This document shows, piece by piece, positions 55,806 through 64,000 of a DNA stretch of 64,000 nucleotides. The DNA is from Octopus vulgaris (Eukaryota): the NCBI GenBank assembly GCA_951406725.2, contig OX597814.1:71548001-71612000 (forward strand), written 5' to 3'. The notes beneath the pieces were generated by a model that saw only the letters and a program-made list of their open reading frames with translations, did not search any database and was not told the DNA's origin. A program made the translations under genes and the position numbers. Each line of letters starts with the position of its first letter. The first letter of the stretch is position 1.

Positions 55806-55908
55806 NNNNNNNNNNNNNNNNNNNNNNNNNNNNNNNNNNNNNNNNNNNNNNNNNNNNNNNNNNNNNNNNNNNNNNNNNNNNNNNNNNNNNNNNNNNNNNN
55901 NNNNNAAT

Positions 55909-56187
<279 letters not shown>

Positions 56188-56191
<4 letters not shown>

Positions 56192-57400
56192 GTCATCCCA
56201 TGAATAATGCGGTTTTTTTTTACTTTATTTTTCAAAACAAAGATAAAGTTCTTTTTTAATCTAAAATATACTCCCCTTTCATTTTCTATAATGCTCTTCC
56301 ACCCATCCATCTGGCAGACTTCAAAGCTCCTCGTCCAAAATTCACTTGTCCGTAACGAAAAATACTCCTCCAGTACTGTTCTGACCTCGTCTACAGAATT
56401 CATGTTTTTTCCGCCCAAATCATTTTCAAGACTGCGAAATAAACGATGATTAGATGGGGCAATGTTCGGCGAATATGGTGCGTGGGGCATCGTTTCCTAT
56501 TAAAACTGCTTCAGCATTTGGAATGTTATCTTGATGGAACAGCACCTTTCGTCTTGAAACCAAAGATGGTCGTTTTTCTTTTAGCATTGACTTAAGCCGC
56601 TCAAGCTACTCGCAGTAGATCTCCTTCGTTATCAGTTGGTTTGGCTTTAAAAGTTGAAAGTGGACTAAACCATTCATATTCCACCAAACAGATAACAACA
56701 CTTCGCGTGGGTGAAGACCTTCTTTAGCCTGGGGTGCTAGTATTTCTCCTTTCCCTACTCACTCTCTTCGTTACCAATAACTATTCGGTCCAAAAAAGGT
56801 TCATTCGTGAGACGTGACAGTAAAGAATGATACACTCACTCTCTGTTTGCAATTAGACTGGGAAAGTTTGTGAGGAACCCAATGACCCAATTTACTGACA
56901 TTTCTGACGACACGCAGGTGTCGATGAATGGTTGAATAACCAAAACCAAACTTCTCTGTTAGTTCCTCAACAGTTACGATGGGGCTTTGTTCCAACAGGT
57001 TTTGCAGGACGTCTTCGCCGAGCGCTACAGGTCTTCCAGGATAAAGCTCCTCTTCTAGGTTGTAGCTTCCAGCTCGGATTTCTGGAACCACCGTTGACAC
57101 TGGCTTATGTTTATTGTCCGATCCCCATATATTTCATTAATATTCCTCACACTTTCCGTTGCGTTGTTGCCTTTATTGAACTCATAAAGCAAAATACGTC
57201 GAATATGCTCCTTTGTCACTGCCATTATAACTGTTAAAACCGAAGTGCATTCTTCAAAACATGCACTAAGAAAAAGGACAAGATAAAATTACCACCTGTT
57301 TTTATAGCAAGTTAATGCAGTTAGTTTATCCCCCCACCCGCACCCCCAACTTTTAGTCCATGCAATTTCAAAAAGTGTATTATTTATGGGATGACCCAGA
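56188..57400 (-). mobile_element. Full-length decayed mariner element (~1.2 kb)
   Basis: TIRs TTGGGTCATCCCATGAATAATGC and GTATTATTTATGGGATGACCCAG; minus-strand transposase remnants GRPVALGEDVL..LGHWVPHKL, LFHQDN, PHAPYSPNIAPSNHRLFRSLEN (mariner WVPHEL and YSPDLAPxD motifs), broken by frameshifts. Confidence 0.92.
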
Positions 57401-57515
<115 letters not shown>

Positions 57516-57752
57516 TATCACGCGCGTGTGTGTGTGTAAATTCATGTAGTAGACATACAAGTACGTCGCCTTCACTTCGTTCGCAACCTTATTCGATTTT
57601 CGACTCTTGATTTTATGAAAGCCATCTACAGAACTTGACCATTGCCAGAGAAGTAGATACATTAAATTTAATAGCTACAGAGAATTGGAACTGTTAATTT
57701 TTGTATGCCATTAGTATTTATCACTTTATGTGTCTGTGTATGTAAGAATATG

Positions 57753-57821
<69 letters not shown>

Positions 57822-58264
57822 ATATATGTATGGATGCATGTATATATGTAAAATGCATGTATCTCTTACAAAGTAGCTAATTTTTTTATCATACTGTGCT
57901 TTCCTACTTTCTTTAAGTGGGTAGGAATTATATTTATATTGAGTCAAAATCCACTTGTTTTGCCCTTCATTTTCTACTATTTCTATCTCGTTTTCGTCTT
58001 CGCGTTTTCATTCTCTCTTCTTTTCTCATTGTTCTTCTGATTTCACCTTCTATTCACTTCTCTACATCTCTCTCACGCTCTTCTCCCCCTCTCACTGCCT
58101 TCTTTCCTTCTTTTTCTTCTTGTCCTCCTCCTTCTTTTGCTTCATTTTCTCTTTCTGCTGTCTTNNNNNNNNNNNNNNNNNNNNNNNNNNNNNNNNNNNN
58201 NNNNNNNNNNNNNNNNNNNNNNNNNNNNNNNNNNNNNNNNNNNNNNNNNNNNNNNNNNNNNNNN

Positions 58265-60684
58265 GGTGTTTATATGAGTGGCCCAGCTTACGTTGTTGTC
58301 CACAATTACTCCCAAGTCTCTGATGTTGTTGGACGCCGCGAGAGTTTCACCTGAAGGAAGGGAGTATGGGAGTTTCAGGGCATCCTCTTTTCCAAAGTGG
58401 ATTAGCTCAAATTTATCCTCGTTCAGCAGCATATTGTTTTTTTCCGCCCATTGGATAACAGCCAGTAGATCTGACTGAAGGCATGTCCGGTCACTCGCCT
58501 CATTTATGACCTTCTGTAGCTTGGAGTCATCTGCAAAGATTTTTATGTTGCTGTGCTTGATGATGTCATTAATGTCATTAATGTAAATGATGAAAAGAAG
58601 TGGGTCCAGCACAGTGCCTTGCGGAACGCCACTACTGACTTTGGCTGGGCTTGATTTTACCCCTTCAACTACAACATGTTGAGATCTGTCTGTCAGGAAA
58701 CACTTAATCCATTTCAGTAACTTTCCAGAGACACCAATGTTGGATAGTTTTTTCAATAGGATCTTGTGATCGACCCTGTCGAAGGCCTTACTGAAATCAA
58801 GGTAGATGACATCGGTGTTGGAGCCCTCTCCCAAAGCTCTCAAAATGTCCTCAAAGTGATGCAGGAGCTGCGTTAGGCAGTCCCTTCCATTACGGAACCC
58901 ATGTTGGTTGGAGATCAGCCGTCTGTTGCTTTCCAGAAATTGGGTTATTTGAGATCTCACCACCCTCTCAAATACCTTGATGATATGAGACGTGAGTGAG
59001 ATCGGACGGTAATTCACTGCAAGGGACTTGTTTCCCTTTTTGAAAACTGGGACAACAGACTGGGACAGAAGGTTTTTTGGAATATAGCCAGCATCCAGTG
59101 AGTTTCTCCACAGATTAGCAAGGGGAGATGCAAGTTGGTGTCGACACACCTTCAGGACACAAGCAGGGAACCTGTCGGGGCCTACTGCTGAATTGTGTTT
59201 TATTTCGTTTATCGCCGCTAAAACATCAGGGGCACTAAACGTTATGTCCGATATAGTGTGTTGGGGGTTGACATCACTGATACAGCCCAGATCGGCCATA
59301 TCAGGATTGCTGAAAACAGAGCAGTATTGTTTCTGCAGTATCTCGGCCATGGATTTGGCATTATCTTGGAGAGTGCCAGTTTCGTCAATTAGAGGGCCTA
59401 CAGTGGAGACAGTGACCCTGCGTTTCCTCGCAAATGAAAAGAACACTTTGGGGTTGAGTTTGATTTTTTCAATGGCCCACTTCTCCTCAGCTGATCTTTG
59501 GTTATTGATGAGGGTCTTCATGCATTGTTGGAGGTTATATTTTTTGGATTCAAGCAGTGCGATAGCCGTCGAATGTGTGTGTTGCTGTTGGCAGTACTTT
59601 AGTTTGTTAATTTTTTTGTTTGTTCTTTTTATTTTTCTGATAATGTTTTTCTGTTTTGGGGGATTCTGCACTTTTTGTTCACAGGTCTTGGTGGGGAGTG
59701 TTTTGCACATATGTCTGTGACGGTGTCTACAAAGATCTGCCAAGATGTTTTATGGTTGGTGGAGATGTGTGTATGTGTAAAGGACCAGTCAACATTTGAT
59801 AGCTCGTTCCTGATTGCATTCCAGTTGGCTTTATGGAGATCCATGTTGTCAAATGGGTGGGCTGGAGGAAGGTCACTAGGATTAGCTTTCGGCTGGTGGA
59901 ATTTCATGTTACAGAGAACCATGTCATGGTCTGAAAGAAGGGTTTTTTCCACTGTAACGTTATGTATAGTGTTAGTGTGGTTACTAAACACTAGGTCCAA
60001 AATGTTCTGATGTCTTGTTGGTGCAAGGACAAGTTGGGACAAGAAAAACTCATTCGTAAAGTCGAAAAGTGACTCTGCTGCTTCTTTGTCAGCGGTTGAG
60101 GCGGGAGTGCTTGGTTTCAAACAGTTTGTAGTCCAGTCAACACAGGGTAGATTGAAGTCTCCCATCATGAGTATGTTGCTAGAATGGCACTGTTGAATAA
60201 AGCACTTAATGCTGTTGAGGCATTCTTTAAAGCACAGTATGGGTGTTTGGGGCGGCCTATAGAGCCCAATTACTGTCAGGTCATTGGCTTTGTTGTGCAC
60301 GGTGACTGATTCACAGTAGCCATTGGAGAATATACTATTTCCATCTGCCGTAAATGAATCATGCAGGAAAATGGCAGTTCCACCCTTCCTCCTGCCGATA
60401 CGATCCGCGCGGATGGTTGTGAAATTCTTCACTCTCACTTCGGCTTCCAAGTGGGAGTTGTCAAGGTGGGTCTCAGTGAGAATGAAGAAAGGGATGTGGT
60501 GTGAATGGTTACCAACCCAGTCTTCAATGAATTGGACCTTCCATTTTTGTGCATTGATGGAAGGGCTGACACCTTGTGCATTGAGTAGGAATGTGGAGGT
60601 TAGTGTAGTGGCTGGTTTTGACTGTTGCAGGGGGCTTGGATTTTTTGTGTGTGTTAGTGGCAGCAATGTGGGGAATTGGTGCAC
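58265..60684 (-). pseudogene. CR1-group ORF2 (APE endonuclease + RT) with one frameshift near 59640
   Basis: EN: LNAQG, LTETHL, GGTAIF, GLYRPP, MGDFN, NILDLVF, LSDHDMV. RT: [62 protein letters not shown]. Confidence 0.9.
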
Positions 60685-61052
60685 TGGGGTAATAGCATAG
60701 GATGGTGTTGAGTGATGGCTAGAATGTTTTTGTGTATCTCTTTTGCCATGTTCAACATGGCTAAAAAAGAATTTTCCTGCTTAGGGAGCAGTTTTTGGCT
60801 GGAGGTGTGGTTGCACTGTTGGATAGGGTTGTAGTTTCCACTTTTGTTGTTGTTGTTTTTGTGTCTTCCTGAAAAGACTGGACCAGCATTACTGCAGCAT
60901 GGTGTGTTTCTATTTTTATTGTTATTCAGGTTTGTGTGTTGGCTTGAGGCCCCGTTTCTGTTTGTGCGTCGGGTCCCTGGAAGATGAGTGAAGGGACAGT
61001 CACTCAGTAGACATGTTCTCTCACGTTGGGAATACCGGCAGATTTTGGGACT
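58265..61052 (-). mobile_element. CR1-group LINE: ORF1 3' end plus ORF2; both ends hidden in gaps
   Basis: Minus-strand ORF1-like frame ending 60654, EN frame 59629-60684 and RT frame 58265-59743. Confidence 0.9.
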
Positions 61053-61152
61053 NNNNNNNNNNNNNNNNNNNNNNNNNNNNNNNNNNNNNNNNNNNNNNNN
61101 NNNNNNNNNNNNNNNNNNNNNNNNNNNNNNNNNNNNNNNNNNNNNNNNNNNN

Positions 61153-61188
61153 TAGATAGATAGATAGATAGATAGATAGGTAGATAGA
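61153..61188. repeat. (TAGA)n microsatellite at the 3' end of the second Tx1 element
   Basis: Direct reading; truncated by the gap. Confidence 0.9.
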
Positions 61189-61261
61189 TATGTTTCTTTA
61201 TTAGCCACACAGGGCTGCACACAGATAGAACAAATTACAAGGTAGAGCTTTTCTTTTGAAG

Positions 61262-61295
<34 letters not shown>

Positions 61296-64000
61296 AGGGG
61301 AGTTTCGATCAAAAGGGATCGTAAAAGGAGAGAAAGAGGACAAAAAAAAGGGGGGTTAAAAAAAAGGGGAGAGGAAAAAAAAATTGATCAATAGGGATCG
61401 TTATCACAGAAATGTCAATATGAAGTGTAAAGGGGAGGACAGGTGAGGTTTACCCGTGGAAAGAAAAGCCTACGGAAAAGACCACGGTAACCTCGGTCAA
61501 TGAAGTCACATTTTATATTTCTTTTTTTTTTTTTTTTGCAAATAAGCAACTCTCTGTTTTCGATTTCTGGGTTCATAGGACTATGCTCAAGGTGGCTTCG
61601 TCATTCATACGTGCCATTCTTGCTACATTCACCCATCTTTTTTTAAAACATTCGCTAGACAAAACTTGCCTCTCTACTCTCACTTTCCTTTTCAAGTGGT
61701 ACTTGAAGAAGTTGATGAGAGATTGACCAGAGAGGAAAGTGTTTGTCTCCAATCCTTTCAGACGCGTCCACCAGATACATTCTTTCGCCATAGCCACAAG
61801 GATGATGAAAATAGCTCTTCCTTCCCGTTTGAAGGAAGGAGGCGTGACAATATTGACGATAGACCCAGCTGATAAACCGACTCGTCCCACACGTGACAGC
61901 AGTTGTTCGACATAAGCCCACAGGTCGGAAATTGTTGGACACTGAACGAGTGCGTGCAGAACGGTTTCGTCGCTCTGACCGCATCTCGGGCAGGTCGGCC
62001 CCGTGTTTCTCGAGCCGTGTCTGTAGAGCTTATCCCGAACGGGTAGCGCTTCTCGGTAGCACTGCCAGGCCAGGGATCTCTGGAAGTTGTCCATGGGCCC
62101 TGGCCCGAAAGTCGTCCTGAACAGGCGGGTCAGGTACTCCTCGTCGACGTCCAGGTTCGCCCCGAGCTCGTCGTCGTACCTCCCCTCCACTAAACCCCTA
62201 TAGAATGCTTTGGTTGTGTTGAAGTCACTTAAGGTCGACCCAGGACGGCAGAGTTGCTTGAGAGCAACGCGACACTCGCGGTGCCATTCGCCCTTCCTCG
62301 GCCTCTTTTTGATCCACGACTGCAGTTCGGTCATGGAGACGAGCTGCGGGAAAGCGTGCCTCACAAACGGCGACCACACCTGTTCACCGTCGTCTACATA
62401 GAGCCAGAGATGCCGCAGTCTCAGCGCGTGTCTGCGCATCATCAACCACGGCATGCCCAGCCCTCCGTTTAACGGGTGTTGACAGCAAATGGATCGCCTG
62501 ACCATCGGGACGCATCCTTTCCACAAGAAGCGAAAGAGGATGCGTTGTAGTTTGGTGATGGTAGGGTCGGGACAAGGTACGACGGTCAGGCGGTAGTAGA
62601 TGACGGACGCGATGTACGTGTTCGCCACCTCCGCTCGACCTTTTAGGGACAGTTTCCTCTCGGCCCATTGCCGGGCGAGAGTGACCACCCTACTCGTTAT
62701 CTCGTTCCAGTTCTTCTCCACTTGGAGGTCCGGACCAAACCAGACCCCGAGCAACTCAACCGGGCCGTCGGTCCAGCGTCCCACGACGGAGGCGCTGGTG
62801 GACGGCATGGGCTTGCTTCTCCAGGTGCCTAGTCGCAAGCCCACTGACTTTTCCCGGTTGATTTTCGCTCCTGTCACCGCTTCGTAGTTTTTCAGTGTCT
62901 CGCCGACCAGCTCGATGTGCTCGTGGCTAGACACTATGACGGTGACGTCGTCCGCGTATGCAGACACGCTCGTCCCGTATCCCAATTCTCGCGGGATGCC
63001 CCTTAGAGTCGCCAGCTTCCGCAGTAGTGGCTCAAGAGTCAATACGTATAGAAGCGCCGAGAGGGGGCATCCCTGACGGACCGAACGTGCAATGTCGAAA
63101 GGTCTCGATAGATGTCCATTTACGCGAATTACCGAACGGATGCCTCTGTACAAGGCAGCTATCCATCCGCGGAAAACGGGACCGAAACCAGCCGCTCTCA
63201 GGACTGCCCCCAAGTATCGATGGTCCACCCTATCAAAGGCTTTCGATTGATCCAAGTTGATCAGGGCCCCACCCATGCCAGGTTCGTTAACTACCCTGTC
63301 TATGATGTAGCGCATCAGATGGAGGTTGTCATGGATGGTCCGGCCTGGCACGGCGCATGTTTGCGCCTTGTCGACCAGTTTCTCGATGACAAGCGCCAAC
63401 CTCTTGGCTAGCACCTTGGCCAAAATTTTCAAGTCTGCATTAAGCAGAGTGATGGGCCTAAAGTTATCTATTACATTTCCCTTGTTTAGATCTTTCTTCA
63501 GCAGTGTTACGGCTCCTCGGCTCACAAAACCAGGAATGCTCCCGTTTTGCTGCCAGTTGCAGTACACCGCCGCCAAGAGATCTCCAAACAAGTCTGGCAT
63601 ACAATTGTAAAGCTCGTAGGGTAGACCATCCAAACCCGGTGATTTGTCCCTCGAGCATTCTGCCATCGCTTCCCGCACTTCCGCCGCCGTGATGGCACCT
63701 TCGCAGCACCCTGCCTTTCTTGTCGAGAGTCGTGGTAGGCTATGTAGGTAGGCACTGAAGTCCACCCTACGTTCTTGCCCTCCACTCGTTCCGAACAGTC
63801 GGGCAAAATGCTGCTGAAAGGCTTCACACATTTTACTTGGCTCGAGCAATTCGCGCCCCTGTTCATCTACCAGTGACCGAATGGTGGCTTTGTTGCCCTG
63901 TTGCGCCTCTGCCACCCGGGCCTCTCTCGCGGCTCCAACACCTTCGTTCCTTAGAGCACGCATCCTAGCTCTGACAGCACATCCTTCGTGTTTGGCGTTG
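61189..64000 (-). mobile_element. Young Tx1/L1-clade LINE, 3' half (continues beyond the window)
   Basis: Intact ORF2, a ~380-bp 3' UTR with U-tracts, and AATAAAGAAACATA directly followed by (TCTA)n. Confidence 0.93.
61573..64000 (-). CDS. Tx1 ORF2 (RT and C-terminal zinc finger), open frame, partial at the window edge
   Basis: At least 796 aa without a stop: KSPGLDGLPYE, NFRPITLLNADLKILAKVLAKRL, LDQSKAFDRVDH, RQGCPLSALLY, SAYADDVT, CPRCGQSDETVLHALVQC. Clear homology to the decayed ORF2 at 3090-6396. Confidence 0.93.
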   Translation of the reverse strand, partial: NAKHEGCAVRARMRALRNEGVGAAREARVAEAQQGNKATIRSLVDEQGRELLEPSKMCEAFQQHFARLFGTSGGQERRVDFSAYLHSLPRLSTRKAGCCEGAITAAEVREAMAECSRDKSPGLDGLPYELYNCMPDLFGDLLAAVYCNWQQNGSIPGFVSRGAVTLLKKDLNKGNVIDNFRPITLLNADLKILAKVLAKRLALVIEKLVDKAQTCAVPGRTIHDNLHLMRYIIDRVVNEPGMGGALINLDQSKAFDRVDHRYLGAVLRAAGFGPVFRGWIAALYRGIRSVIRVNGHLSRPFDIARSVRQGCPLSALLYVLTLEPLLRKLATLRGIPRELGYGTSVSAYADDVTVIVSSHEHIELVGETLKNYEAVTGAKINREKSVGLRLGTWRSKPMPSTSASVVGRWTDGPVELLGVWFGPDLQVEKNWNEITSRVVTLARQWAERKLSLKGRAEVANTYIASVIYYRLTVVPCPDPTITKLQRILFRFLWKGCVPMVRRSICCQHPLNGGLGMPWLMMRRHALRLRHLWLYVDDGEQVWSPFVRHAFPQLVSMTELQSWIKKRPRKGEWHRECRVALKQLCRPGSTLSDFNTTKAFYRGLVEGRYDDELGANLDVDEEYLTRLFRTTFGPGPMDNFQRSLAWQCYREALPVRDKLYRHGSRNTGPTCPRCGQSDETVLHALVQCPTISDLWAYVEQLLSRVGRVGLSAGSIVNIVTPPSFKREGRAIFIILVAMAKECIWWTRLKGLETNTFLSGQSLINFFKYHLKRKVRVERQVLSSECFKKRWVNVARMARMNDEATLSIVL

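Noticed and set aside
59629-59743. Programmed -1 frameshift between the CR1 EN and RT frames
   Set aside because: No canonical X XXY YYZ heptamer in the right phase; EN and RT are normally one ORF in CR1, so an indel or sequencing error is more likely.
61655-63866. Numerous short ORFs overlapping or antisense to LINE ORF2s (also within 3897-6100, 12313-13758 and 59193-60700)
   Set aside because: Shadow frames of GC-richer retrotransposon coding sequence, with no independent motifs.

Overview
AT-rich (TA/CA/GATA microsatellite-laden) eukaryotic repeat landscape with five 100-N scaffold gaps. The tRNA-headed SINEs with internal (TA)n, the RTE elements with (GAT)n tails and the general repeat content look like a coleoid cephalopod, probably Octopus (inferred from recognition, not tested). 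I found no host protein-coding gene, rRNA, tRNA gene or CRISPR array. All credible coding sequence is transposon-derived: two Tx1/L1-clade LINEs (one full-length but decayed, one with an intact ORF2 running off the window), four CR1-group LINE pieces, several RTE pieces, two decayed mariner elements, a hAT deletion derivative, MITEs, Helitron/Helentron-like non-autonomous elements and a Penelope-like (PLE) GIY-YIG fragment. Headline observation: the 546-bp perfect tandem array at 48853-55805 carries, once per monomer on the minus strand, a type-I hammerhead-ribozyme-like motif (UGAG-CUGAAGA-stem II-GAAA-C-GUAC-G-UA/CUCA) with the palindromic helix III typical of PLE/retrozyme hammerheads. That makes it a candidate cephalopod non-LTR retrozyme or ribozyme-bearing satellite. 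Three other, unrelated hammerhead-like repeat families lie at about 35.06, 37.5/37.8 and 38.9 kb, next to PLE remnants. The two Tx1 elements appear to sit in different microsatellite targets, (TC)n and (TCTA)n. All structures and alignments were read by eye; none was computed or searched.
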